From an uncultured Verrucomicrobiales bacterium (GTDB lineage Bacteria > Verrucomicrobiota > Verrucomicrobiia > Verrucomicrobiales > DEV007), in assembly GCA_938091905.1 (NCBI GenBank), contig CALKOM010000001.1:47138-111137 (forward strand): a stretch of DNA of 64,000 bases. Direction: 5' to 3'. A model generated the notes under the pieces. It was not told the origin of the DNA, searched no databases, and saw only the letters and a list, made by a program, of their open reading frames with translations. Positions within the stretch are counted from its first letter, which is position 1. Each line of letters opens with the position of its first letter. Made by a program: the position numbers and the translations under genes. This document shows positions 31,067 to 40,884 of this stretch, piece after piece.

Positions 31067-32869
31067 ATGTCGACCAAATCTGACTCTCCTGATCCCGAGG
31101 AATCCCCCGAGAGTATTGAGGATTTACGGTCTGTTCTCGCAGGGCTCGAAGACGAGATGGAGACCTTGAAATCATCGCTCACAGACTTTGAAGAGTCTGA
31201 CGAGGATGTTGATCCTTCGCTTGAAGATTTAGAGGATACTGCGAACCAGACCCGCTCGGCCTCGCGTCAGCTGGTGCCACGCGAAGCGCCCGAACGTCTC
31301 TATGACGAGCTGGGAGAGGAAGAATGTGACGCGATTCCCGGCGCCCGGGTTGTGCTCGATTTGAACCCCAAGCCGAATCCGGACAAGGTTCGCTCAAGGC
31401 GGGAGCCCAAAGTAGACTTGGCTAAGCCTGCTCGGGAGAAGGTCCCCCGCATTTCTAAGCGCGAACAGAAACGATTGGCACGCGAGGAGAAGGCTCGGGT
31501 GAGGGCCAAAGAAAGGGAGGCTGCGGCTGCTGAGCGGCGAGAGATCATCGAGGCGATCGTTCCGGAGGGTCAGGAGTTTGGCGAGGAACTTGCCGATGAA
31601 CCCGTTCAGCGAAGCATGGATGAGCTCGATCTTGAGAATCCGTTGCCTGACGCGAGCTTTGCTCCAAATCGAGAGCACTCCGACTTGGTTATGGATCGTC
31701 GGCAACGGCGTCTTGAAGCCTCGGCGATTGCGGCAAAGAGAGAGCGTGAGCAGGACGAGGTCTGGGACCAGGGCGAGTTGCTGAATGAAGATGGCCTAGG
31801 CGCCAAAGAACGTCCGTTCAATCTGCCAATCTATCTGGTTCAGGCCGCGTTGGTATCGATAGCGGCCCTGCTTATTGTGATGGGCGTTAGGGCAGCCTAT
31901 AACAGCATGCGCGGTGCCAAGGATGGCGAGGAGGAGCGGGCTCGGTCTGAAGTGCCGAATTTACGGGCTTTGGGACTGATTGAGGCCCGTGAAGTTGTGC
32001 AGTCTTTCTTCAAGGCGGGCAGTTGGGAGGAGAAATTGGAATTTGTGCGGCAACCTGAAAAGGCGCGCCCTCGCATGGAGCGGTATTATAGAGATCATCC
32101 GGGCGAGGACGCAGCCATCGCTGGCGTCGACGTGATCGATCAGAAATACAACAGTCTGGTAGGTGGGGAGGGCTTCCTGATCCGATGCCAATTCCCAGAT
32201 GATGAGGTGAAGCTGGTTCCCACCGTGCGTGTGCGCTCAGAAGCGCCCTTCTTTGTCGTCGATTGGGAGGTTTTCGTGGACTATGCTGACGTTGATTGGG
32301 CTGCTTTCCTTGAAGCCAAGAAGCCGGAAAGCCGGGGAATCTACCGTATTTATGCCGCAGAGGACGACTATTGGGGCCCTCCCTTCGAGGATATGGAGAA
32401 GTACCTTCCGGTAAAGATCTACAGTAAGAGTCGGGAGGAATCTGCTTATGGCTATGTCCAGCGGGGAACCCACGACTGGCGAGAGCTGCGAGGAGCGCTC
32501 AATGTGTCCCATTCACGTCTTCAGGGGAAAGCAGCTGGGTCGGGTATCAGCAGGATATTTCAGAAGATGGCAGCTGAAAGTGAAGATCCAAGGGCAACAC
32601 TTCGAGCCATGAAGGAGATCCGAGATCTTCCCGAACCGGAGATAGACGAGACGGATTTGTTTGGAGCAAAGAACTTCATCAAACCCCGGCTATGGCAGCG
32701 ACCGAAGGACGCCTGGGCTCCGATGACCGTGGAATTGAAGTTTCCAACAAACTCTGGGGGAAACGGGTTTCTCCCCCGACTGGAGATTGTGCGGTTTCTA
32801 TCGCCCAATTGGATTGTGGGCGAATCTCAGCTGGAGTTGGATGCTCAGGCTCCCATTCCTGCTCCATAG
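31067..32869 (+). CDS. hypothetical bitopic membrane protein
   Basis: Charged, low-complexity N-terminal half, one TM helix (LVQAALVSIAALLIVMGV), globular C-terminal half containing FVVDWEVFVDY. Confidence 0.7.
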   Translation: MSTKSDSPDPEESPESIEDLRSVLAGLEDEMETLKSSLTDFEESDEDVDPSLEDLEDTANQTRSASRQLVPREAPERLYDELGEEECDAIPGARVVLDLNPKPNPDKVRSRREPKVDLAKPAREKVPRISKREQKRLAREEKARVRAKEREAAAAERREIIEAIVPEGQEFGEELADEPVQRSMDELDLENPLPDASFAPNREHSDLVMDRRQRRLEASAIAAKREREQDEVWDQGELLNEDGLGAKERPFNLPIYLVQAALVSIAALLIVMGVRAAYNSMRGAKDGEEERARSEVPNLRALGLIEAREVVQSFFKAGSWEEKLEFVRQPEKARPRMERYYRDHPGEDAAIAGVDVIDQKYNSLVGGEGFLIRCQFPDDEVKLVPTVRVRSEAPFFVVDWEVFVDYADVDWAAFLEAKKPESRGIYRIYAAEDDYWGPPFEDMEKYLPVKIYSKSREESAYGYVQRGTHDWRELRGALNVSHSRLQGKAAGSGISRIFQKMAAESEDPRATLRAMKEIRDLPEPEIDETDLFGAKNFIKPRLWQRPKDAWAPMTVELKFPTNSGGNGFLPRLEIVRFLSPNWIVGESQLELDAQAPIPAP

Positions 32870-32941
32870 CCCCATAATTGAGGAAATTATCGTTGACGGG
32901 CAGCCCACTTGTCTGCACCTTTACATTGAGTCAATCATCTT

Positions 32942-33604
32942 ATGAAACATCAACTTACCCTCATTCTTGCCGCCGCTGGCCTCGCTATGGGCAACAGCAG
33001 CGCTGCAACGCTCGATCTCTCAAGTCTTGGCGGGACGCTTGCTTTGGGCTACACGGATACTGCTGGCATCGTGGGTCTTAATATTTCTTATACTATCGGT
33101 CAGGACCCTGGGACCTCGGAGAGTAGTGGTTTCTCGGAGGATACTGGTGGAATGTCTCTGCCTGCCACTGGTTTTCCTGATGGTCATCTTGCGGTCGGCC
33201 CTGGTGACGTGGTGACGCTTGATTTTTCGGCTACTTCGGGTGTTGGGGAGGTGTTTATCGGTCTCTTCGATCTAGACAATAATACCTTTGGTGGGGACGA
33301 GGGTGTGACGGTGACGTCAGCAGAGGGGTCCGTATTCGAGCCTGGTTTCGGTGCTGACATTGATAACGCCCGTGCGATTGATACAAATGTCTTTAACGTT
33401 GGGCCAATCACCCCCGATGCCAATGGAAAGATTACGCTAACGGCTTCCACAGCTTTGGAGCAGGCAGATGGCAGTTTGTCTATCAGCTCGGGTAATGGTT
33501 ATTTTGCGTTTACCGTCGATAGCAATCCTGTCGTTCCTGAGCCTTCGAGTGCGCTTCTTGGTCTGCTCGGGCTGGCAAGCTTGGCAATGCGCCGTCGACG
33601 TTAG
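32942..33604 (+). CDS. PEP-CTERM sorting domain protein
   Basis: Signal peptide; C-terminus VPEPSSALLGLLGLASLAMRRRR. Confidence 0.92.
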   Translation: MKHQLTLILAAAGLAMGNSSAATLDLSSLGGTLALGYTDTAGIVGLNISYTIGQDPGTSESSGFSEDTGGMSLPATGFPDGHLAVGPGDVVTLDFSATSGVGEVFIGLFDLDNNTFGGDEGVTVTSAEGSVFEPGFGADIDNARAIDTNVFNVGPITPDANGKITLTASTALEQADGSLSISSGNGYFAFTVDSNPVVPEPSSALLGLLGLASLAMRRRR

Positions 33605-33630
33605 TTTCGGTTGCGACAATTGAATTTTGT

Positions 33631-33660
33631 AACGGCCTGCTTCTTCGGAAGCAGGCCGTT
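33631..33660 (+). terminator. strong hairpin downstream of the PEP-CTERM gene (probable intrinsic terminator)
   Basis: Perfect 13-bp stem AACGGCCTGCTTC / GAAGCAGGCCGTT closing a TTCG tetraloop. The following U-tract is only moderate. Confidence 0.7.
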
Positions 33661-33879
33661 GTGCTTTCTCGAAGGCTAAACGAGATGTGAGATACCCGTT
33701 GGGAGTCCTTCACACAACCCTTGCCAGAATAGAAGTTCCAGATTCGTGTATGACTAGGCTGAAGCGGAAGAGGTTGTCGCGTTGGCACCTCCTAACGTCC
33801 GAGCTACTTGCTAACTTACCGCATCTCGCGCTTGGCGAATCTATGATCATGGGTAGGCTCGCGCCAACGCATTTCAATT

Positions 33880-35118
33880 ATGGCCCGGATCAACGACAAC
33901 TACCTAAAGCTTAAGGCTGGCTATCTCTTTCCTGAGATCGGTCGCCGTGTGACTGCCTTTACTGAATCTCAGCCAGACGCTGCGAAGAAACTGATCCGAT
34001 GCGGGATTGGTGATGTGACTGAGCCGTTGCCGCGTGCGGTGCGCAATGCCATGCACGACGCTATCGACGAGCTGGGTGAACGTGAGACCTTTCGTGGTTA
34101 CGGTCCCGAACAAGGCTACGATTTTCTACGAAAAGCCATTGCTGAGAATTGCTATCGTCACAGGGACATCGCTATCGCTGATGACGAGATCTTCGTTTCC
34201 GATGGCTCAAAGTGCGACACTGGCAATTTCCTAGACATCTTGGGACCAGGCAACCGCATTGCGATCACGGATCCGGTCTATCCGGTCTACGTTGATACTA
34301 ATGTCATGATCGGCAACACAGGAGAAGCCGACGAGAACGGTGCCTATGAAGGGCTCGTCTACTTGCCATGTACCGCGGACAATAACTTCGTTCCGGCCAT
34401 TCCCGAAGAAGACGTCGATCTCATTTACCTATGTTATCCTAATAATCCGACCGGTGCAGCGGCCACGCGAGAGCAACTCGCAGCCTGGGTGGAGTATGCG
34501 AAAGCGCACCAAGCCATTATCTTGTATGATGCTGCCTACGAAGCCTTTATCAGCGATCCTGACGTGCCGCACTCGATCTACGAAATCCCAGGTGCCGAAA
34601 CCTGCGCAGTGGAGTTCCGGAGCTTCTCGAAGAACGGTGGGTTCACCGGTGTGCGTTGCGCCTTTACGGTTGTGCCAAAGGTCCTGATGGGGATGACAGC
34701 TTCAGGAGAAAGCCAAGCGCTGCATCCGCTTTGGAACCGAAGGATGTGCACGAAATTTAACAGTGTCAGCTATCCTGTCCAACGAGGCGCAGAAGCGCTC
34801 TTCTCCGGCGAAGGCAAAGCTGAGGTCGCTGAACTCGTTGCCCATTATATGGGCAACGCGAAACTTCTTTCTGACGCCTGCCTCGAAATGGGTCTGTCTG
34901 TCTTCGGTGGCGTGAATGCCCCCTACATCTGGGTCGGCTGTCCTCAGGGTATCGACAGCTGGGGCATGTTTGATAAAATGCTCAACGAAGCCAATGTCGT
35001 GATCACGCCAGGATCTGGATTTGGTTCTGCGGGTGAAGGTTACTTCCGTATTTCGGCATTCAACAGCCGGGCCAACGTCGAAGAGGTCTGCAAGCGCATG
35101 CAAGCGTTAGGTTTATAG
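33880..35118 (+). CDS. dapL: LL-diaminopimelate aminotransferase
   Basis: [62 protein letters not shown]. Confidence 0.96.
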   Translation: MARINDNYLKLKAGYLFPEIGRRVTAFTESQPDAAKKLIRCGIGDVTEPLPRAVRNAMHDAIDELGERETFRGYGPEQGYDFLRKAIAENCYRHRDIAIADDEIFVSDGSKCDTGNFLDILGPGNRIAITDPVYPVYVDTNVMIGNTGEADENGAYEGLVYLPCTADNNFVPAIPEEDVDLIYLCYPNNPTGAAATREQLAAWVEYAKAHQAIILYDAAYEAFISDPDVPHSIYEIPGAETCAVEFRSFSKNGGFTGVRCAFTVVPKVLMGMTASGESQALHPLWNRRMCTKFNSVSYPVQRGAEALFSGEGKAEVAELVAHYMGNAKLLSDACLEMGLSVFGGVNAPYIWVGCPQGIDSWGMFDKMLNEANVVITPGSGFGSAGEGYFRISAFNSRANVEEVCKRMQALGL

Positions 35119-35159
35119 GTTTCGTCAGTCTTACTAGTTGTGGCGCTTAAGACGACGCT

Positions 35160-37322
35160 ATGGTAATTTGATGTGTTGGTTACTGGTTGTAGCATTGTCT
35201 TTTTTGTCTTGTCTTTATCGCTGCCAAGGAGTTTTTCAAAAGACTCCCCGTGTCGCCTTCGGTCCATCGGGCGTTGATCAGTGACCTTGGAGATCCCTTT
35301 TTAGCTCAGGCCTACCGACCAGAGAGTCTGTGGTGGCCCGGGGTGGATCTACTATTACAAGGTTACGGAGATGGCCGCATGTCATTTGGGATATGGGATC
35401 CCGAGACCCTTTGGGAATCCCGAGACCCGTTGGCGCCGGGAAGACCTCGACACGAGACCGCTGGAAACCCTTTCTGGTGATGGCAAGCACCTTGCCAGGG
35501 CAGTTTATGACGAAAAAGCAAAGAAGGACCCTTTTCAGCTTTACACGTTTCCAGACGGAAAACTCTTATGGTCGAAGGCCTTGGGAGCTCGGAGATTCGC
35601 CTTTGCCGAAGGGTGTCCCTGGCTTTTTGGAGGGACATCATTTCGTCTAAAGGGCCTGACTCGCTACCTGGTAAAGAAGATCGATCTTGCAACGGGAGAG
35701 GTGCTGGAAGTTGGAAGAACCACAAGAAAGCGGAAAGAGCCACATTGGCCAGATCAATGCCTTGGGCGCGTCTAGCAGTTCCATTTATGTCGCGACCAAG
35801 CAGGAGGCGTTTTCACCCGAACTCTGGAAGGAAGAGCGTAAAGCCCTCACGAGTGTCAGATTCCTGCGACTTGATGCGACTACATTCGAAGAGTAGCCGG
35901 TGCCGCTGGATTGCCGAAAAGCCGAAGCTCGAGGCATTCAAGTTAGTCCTAACGGAAAGTAACTTGCTGTCCGCTACATGCACCACACTGGAGTCATGAC
36001 AGCCGATCTCAAGAAGAGATTCTCTGGCACGGACACTAGCAGTCGAGTGACGTTCTCGCCGGATGGCAGTGAAGCCCTTATCCCAGGAAGTAATCGTATT
36101 GTGGTAGAGTCTCTTACTGTAAAGTCTGAGCCGCGATGTTTGGACTTTGGCGCGAAGGGAGTGGCCTATTCGCCGGATGGGTAAGAAGTGGCCTTTTGTG
36201 ATACAGGTGGAGTCTTTCGATATAGCACCGAGACGTGGGAACTACTCGCTGATTTTGATCCTCACCGTACGCACTGTCCGCCCCGTGGTGTTGTCTTTGA
36301 TCCGGGGGGGCAACTACTCGGCTGTTCTTGATGGAGGATCAGGGCACCTTCGGGATCTCAGGAGGTTATCATTGTCCTATTCGCTTATCAGTTCGCGGGA
36401 ATGCGATACCTGTTTCCATGGTCTTGCTATATTGCGAGATGGGGCCACGATCGCTGCCTCAGACGGACGCGAGTTGATTCGATGGGATCTTCCAGAGAGC
36501 GCCTTTCAAGAAAGTGTAACTTCGCCTTCGATCTTCACAGGACGGCGGTTTACAGCACTGGCGTGCTGAGGAAGTGATTTGTCACTGCATTGAGTTGGCG
36601 CCCGCTGGAATTTTGAAGCAGATGGTGGTTCGTTGGGGGGCGAGTTTCGCTGGCTTATGGATGGCAAGTTGCATGAGATTCAGCTCGCCCATGCGCGGTT
36701 ACCGGGCTTGTTGACGTGGGCACTTCACCCAAAGATGAGCGATTTGGTCTCTTTCGGCTGGCATTCAGTGCGGGGTGGTTCTGAGAAGGTATTGAGCACC
36801 TATGATCTCAAGACGGGAGAAAGTAAGCGCCGATGGAAGGACGGGCCGAAATCGACCATTTTCAGTCGAGATGGAAGCCAGATTGTGGATGTCGATGGGG
36901 CGACGTTCCGGCTGTATGGTTGTGAGCGTCGCGTGGAAACTCAAATGATAGAATTGCCCAAAGTTGAGGGTCAGAGAAATTCCCTTCGCTGCCCCGCATG
37001 GAGCTCCAATGGGCGTCTACTAGCAACCGTGGTGCCGCATAATATGGCCTTTGATAGTGGACTAGAAGACTATGATCGCTTGGCGCTTTGGGAGGTACGA
37101 TTACGGAAGTTGCTAGGAGCACTAACTATTCCCAGTAGGGTTCGGCCAAACCAGCTGGTGTTTGCACCTTCGAATGACGAGATCATTAGTGTGCATTCTG
37201 ATAAGTTACTCATGCTTTGGGATGCTAAGAAGATTGTTCCCTCGGTGGCAAGACGCCCTAGTGTGAGAATAAGCCATCTGATCGGTCGGACTGGGTTGAC
37301 GGGAGGGAAATATGCGACCTAA
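35160..37322 (+). pseudogene. degraded WD40/beta-propeller protein
   Basis: Blade motifs are spread over several frames (LSGDGKHLA, VTFSPDG, VAYSPDG*, LIRWDL, FSRDGSQI, AWSSNGRLLAT, LMLWDAK), with stops at 35894, 36182 and 36567 and several frameshifts. 5' boundary is approximate. Confidence 0.7.
35394..35428 (+). repeat. imperfect tandem duplication, period 19 nt
   Basis: TGGGATCCCGAGACCC followed by TGGGAATCCCGAGACCC; ATCCCGAGACCC occurs at 35398 and 35417. Confidence 0.8.
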
Positions 37323-37330
37323 GAAGTAGG

Positions 37331-37935
37331 ATGGGCGTTCGCTACCCTCTGCAAGTGTCTCTGGTCGTTGGATTCTTTCCGAGCTGTGCCGTAGTGAATA
37401 ATGGTCCGAAGGTGTCTAAGGAAACTCTGGTCCACCAAGTGTTCTCGGGGCACGAAGATTATCCGAAGACGATGGCAGTTTATTCAAACGACGAACTTCT
37501 TTCCAAGACGTCGACTGAGAATGCCAAGATCACGATTGATCTCAGCGAGCAGCGAGCACGATTGCTAGTGAATCAGCTCGTCGCGTTTGATGCCCCCTGC
37601 TGCACAGGAAAGGCGGGTAAGCTTAGGCCTACGGGAACGTTCCCCATAAAAGAGAAGATCAAAGACAAGCGCTCCAACATCTTCGGCAGTCTCTATCGTG
37701 GCGGGCGCAAGGTGTTCGGGGTTATCGGCGAAAATACGGTGGTTCCTACGACCGTTATGTGGGGTCGTCTCTGCCGTGCTGGATGCGGCTGACCGACGAC
37801 GGGATCGTCCTCCATGGCAGCAAGTATGTGCACCGATATCCAAAGTCGAATGGCTGCATTCGCATGCCTCATTCCGCAATTTCAGTGCTTTACGGGGCGG
37901 TATAGACGGAGATCCCCGTCCAAGTGGTGCTATAG
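37331..37935 (+). pseudogene. L,D-transpeptidase (YkuD) lipoprotein-like gene, disrupted
   Basis: IDLSEQRA and TGKAG..PTG in the first frame. After a frameshift at the G-run near 37718-37721 the frame reads YVGSSLPCWMRLTDDGIVLHG...KSNGCIRMP. Premature TAG at 37903-37905. Confidence 0.82.
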
Positions 37936-37995
37936 GCAGAAATTCGCTTTTGTTTTTACGGGAGATTGAGGACATTCTGGGGTTTCTTCGACATC

Positions 37996-39468
37996 ATGTT
38001 TAGAATCCCAGGCGAACCCGGTAAAGATATGTGTGACGGCCATCTTGGCCCCACAAGACGTGACGTACTCCGTATCGGCGGTGCGGGAATGATGGGACTG
38101 TCGCTAGGGTCGATGCTCCAGCTGAAAGCTCAAGCTGCTGCTGGTGGCGTTCATACGGGTGGGCCTGGTTGGGGTAAAGCTAAAAGCGTTATCTTGGTGT
38201 ATCTGCAAGGTGGCCCCAGTCATCTTGATCTTTGGGATCCCAAGGAGAATGTTCCTAACAATGTGCGTAGTGAATTCAAGTCGATCCCTACAAAGATCCC
38301 TGGGACGCATTTCACCGAACTGTTACCCAAGCTGGCTAAGGTCAATGATAAGATGACCATGATACGGTCCATGAGCTACACGCCGAATGGACTCTTCAAT
38401 CACACAGCTGCCATTTATCAAATGATGACGGGTTACACGACGGATAAGGTGAGTCCGTCAGGTCAGTTGGAGCCGCCGAGCCCGAAAGACTTTCCTAACT
38501 TTGGTTCTAACGTCGTAAGATTGAAGCCCTCTGATGAGCCGATGCTTCCTTTCGTGATGTTACCTCGCCCACTCCAGGAGAGCAATGTAATCGGTAAGGG
38601 CGGGACGGCAGGGTTCCTCGGGAAATCCTACGATCCTTATACCATGTATCCTGCTGGGGACGACATGGACATGACAAAGATGGCGCGCCTCAAGATTGAT
38701 GACTTGCAGCTTCGTCCAGATGTCTTCTCGGTGCGCCTGCGTCGTCGTGCGTCTCTTCGTGCGGCGATAAACAAACAGATGCCCATCATTGATAAGGCGG
38801 TGGCGGACTACAATTTGAACGAGTATTATGATCGAGCGTTGAATCTCATCGTTTCTGGTCGTGCGCGGGAGGCATTCAATCTTGATGCCGAATCCGAGTC
38901 GCTCCGCGAACGTTATGGGCGGAACACTTTCGGGGACAGTTGCCTCATGGCGCGTCGATTGGTCGAGGCGGGAACGCGCGTGGTCGAAGTCATTTGGCCG
39001 AAGGTCGCGAACTCCGACAACCATTCCTGGGACGTCCATGTGGGATTGTCTAAGCGCATGAAAGATCAATCCGCGCCGATGTTAGATGCTGGCTTTTCGA
39101 CATTGATTGATGACCTCGATGAGCGCGGACTTCTGGACGAGACCTTGGTTGTTGGTGTCGGTGAGTTTGGTCGTAGCCCTGAGAAAGGCGTTTCTACCAG
39201 TGGAAATAACAACAGTGCAGATGGCCGTGATCACTGGCCTTACTGTTACACCGCCTGCATTGCAGGGGCCGGGATCAAGCGGGGCTACGTTCACGGGAAG
39301 TCCGACAAGACGGGCTCGGCACCACTAGAAGATCCTGTTCATCCTGGAGAACTTTTGGCAACGCTGTATCATGCATTCGGGATCGATCCCGAGAGCATGG
39401 TGATGAATCACCTCAATCAGCCACGTGAGCTGGTCAAAGCGAAAGCAGTGACCAGTCTGTTCGCATAG
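37996..39468 (+). CDS. DUF1501 domain protein (stand-alone)
   Basis: [44 protein letters not shown] at 37996. Confidence 0.92.
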   Translation: MFRIPGEPGKDMCDGHLGPTRRDVLRIGGAGMMGLSLGSMLQLKAQAAAGGVHTGGPGWGKAKSVILVYLQGGPSHLDLWDPKENVPNNVRSEFKSIPTKIPGTHFTELLPKLAKVNDKMTMIRSMSYTPNGLFNHTAAIYQMMTGYTTDKVSPSGQLEPPSPKDFPNFGSNVVRLKPSDEPMLPFVMLPRPLQESNVIGKGGTAGFLGKSYDPYTMYPAGDDMDMTKMARLKIDDLQLRPDVFSVRLRRRASLRAAINKQMPIIDKAVADYNLNEYYDRALNLIVSGRAREAFNLDAESESLRERYGRNTFGDSCLMARRLVEAGTRVVEVIWPKVANSDNHSWDVHVGLSKRMKDQSAPMLDAGFSTLIDDLDERGLLDETLVVGVGEFGRSPEKGVSTSGNNNSADGRDHWPYCYTACIAGAGIKRGYVHGKSDKTGSAPLEDPVHPGELLATLYHAFGIDPESMVMNHLNQPRELVKAKAVTSLFA

Positions 39469-39521
39469 TCACCTTCGACGCTCGCTGGACATCAGCTAGA
39501 CGGCTCGCCTAAGGTGGCGGC

Positions 39522-40877
39522 ATGAGCACTAGTGCCTCCGAAGAAGTCGAGAATTTCATGGCCGGACTAATCCGGCGAAATCCTGGTGAACCAGAGTTTC
39601 ATCAAGCGGTAAGAGAGGTCGTGGAGACGCTCATGCCGGTGGTGTTAGATAATTCCAAATACCGCGATGCGCAGATCTTGGAACGTCTCACGGAACCTGA
39701 CCGGATCATCATCTTTCGTGTTTGCTGGGAAGACGATCAAGGTAACGTCCGAGTCAACCGCGCTTGGCGGGTGCAGTTCAACAATGCCATTGGCCCATAC
39801 AAGGGGGGACTGCGGTTTCATCCCAGCGTTAATCAGAGCATTCTGAAGTTTCTCGGGTTCGAGCAGACATTTAAGAATAGCCTAACAGGCTTGCCAATGG
39901 GTGGCGGAAAAGGGGGCTCAAACTTTAATCCACGCGACAAGAGTGACCGGGAAGTCATGCGTTTCTGTCAAGCGCTGATGATTGAATTGCATCGACACAT
40001 TGGTGAGGACACCGATGTGCCGGCTGGTGATATTGGCGTGGGGTCTCGCGAGATTTCCAATTTGTTTGGGCAGTACATCCGTTTGTCCAATCGTTACGTT
40101 GGCGTCCTTACTGGAAAAGGCCTTTCGTTCGGGGGAAGCCTGATTCGCACAGAGGCCACTGGGTATGGGTGCGTCTACTTTTGCGAGAATATGCTGAACC
40201 ATGTCGAGGATGGTCTCGACGGCAAGACGGTTGCCGTTTCGGGATCGGGAAATGTAGCACTCTACGCCGCACAGAAAGCGATGAGTCATGGCGCCAAAGT
40301 TTTGACAATGTCAGATTCGTCGGGATTCATTCACGATCCCGATGGCTTGGACGTGGAGAAATGGCAGTTTATTAAGGACCTGAAAGAAGTGCGACGAGGT
40401 CGTATTAAGGAGGCAGCTGAAGAGTTCCCAAGCATCACTTACCATGAAGGTCAGCGTCCTTGGACTGTGCCAGTTCAGATCGCGCTGCCCTGTGCGACTC
40501 AGAATGAGATTAATGAAGTTGAGGCGAAAGAGTTACTCAGCAATGGTGTCATCGCGGTGAGCGAGGGTGCCAATATGCCCACCGACCTTGCTGGTCTGGA
40601 TGCTTTTCGTGAAGCGAAGATTCTCTTTGGTCCTGGCAAAGCAGCGAATGCCGGTGGCGTGGCCGTTTCTGGTCTAGAGCAAAGTCAGAATGCTCTCCGG
40701 CTTTCGTGGTCACGCAACGAGGTGGATTCTCGTCTTCAAGCAATCATGCACGACATTCACAAGAAGTGTGTTGAGCAGGGGACGAAGGAAGATGGCCATG
40801 TTAACTATGTTGATGGTGCCAACATTGCTGGCTTTATGAAAGTGGCAGAAACGATGGTGGCCTACGGAATAGTTTAA
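39522..40877 (+). CDS. gdhA: NADP-specific glutamate dehydrogenase
   Basis: EPEFHQAV, GPYKGGLRFH, GGGKGGSNF, DVPAGDIG, RTEATGYG, SGSGNVA, EGANMP, KAANAGGV. Confidence 0.96.
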   Translation: MSTSASEEVENFMAGLIRRNPGEPEFHQAVREVVETLMPVVLDNSKYRDAQILERLTEPDRIIIFRVCWEDDQGNVRVNRAWRVQFNNAIGPYKGGLRFHPSVNQSILKFLGFEQTFKNSLTGLPMGGGKGGSNFNPRDKSDREVMRFCQALMIELHRHIGEDTDVPAGDIGVGSREISNLFGQYIRLSNRYVGVLTGKGLSFGGSLIRTEATGYGCVYFCENMLNHVEDGLDGKTVAVSGSGNVALYAAQKAMSHGAKVLTMSDSSGFIHDPDGLDVEKWQFIKDLKEVRRGRIKEAAEEFPSITYHEGQRPWTVPVQIALPCATQNEINEVEAKELLSNGVIAVSEGANMPTDLAGLDAFREAKILFGPGKAANAGGVAVSGLEQSQNALRLSWSRNEVDSRLQAIMHDIHKKCVEQGTKEDGHVNYVDGANIAGFMKVAETMVAYGIV

Positions 40878-40884
40878 TCTCGTG

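Noticed and set aside
33661..33879. Lysine riboswitch upstream of dapL
   Set aside because: Only a short AGAGGT resemblance; I could not build the conserved multi-helix structure. An Rfam scan would settle it.
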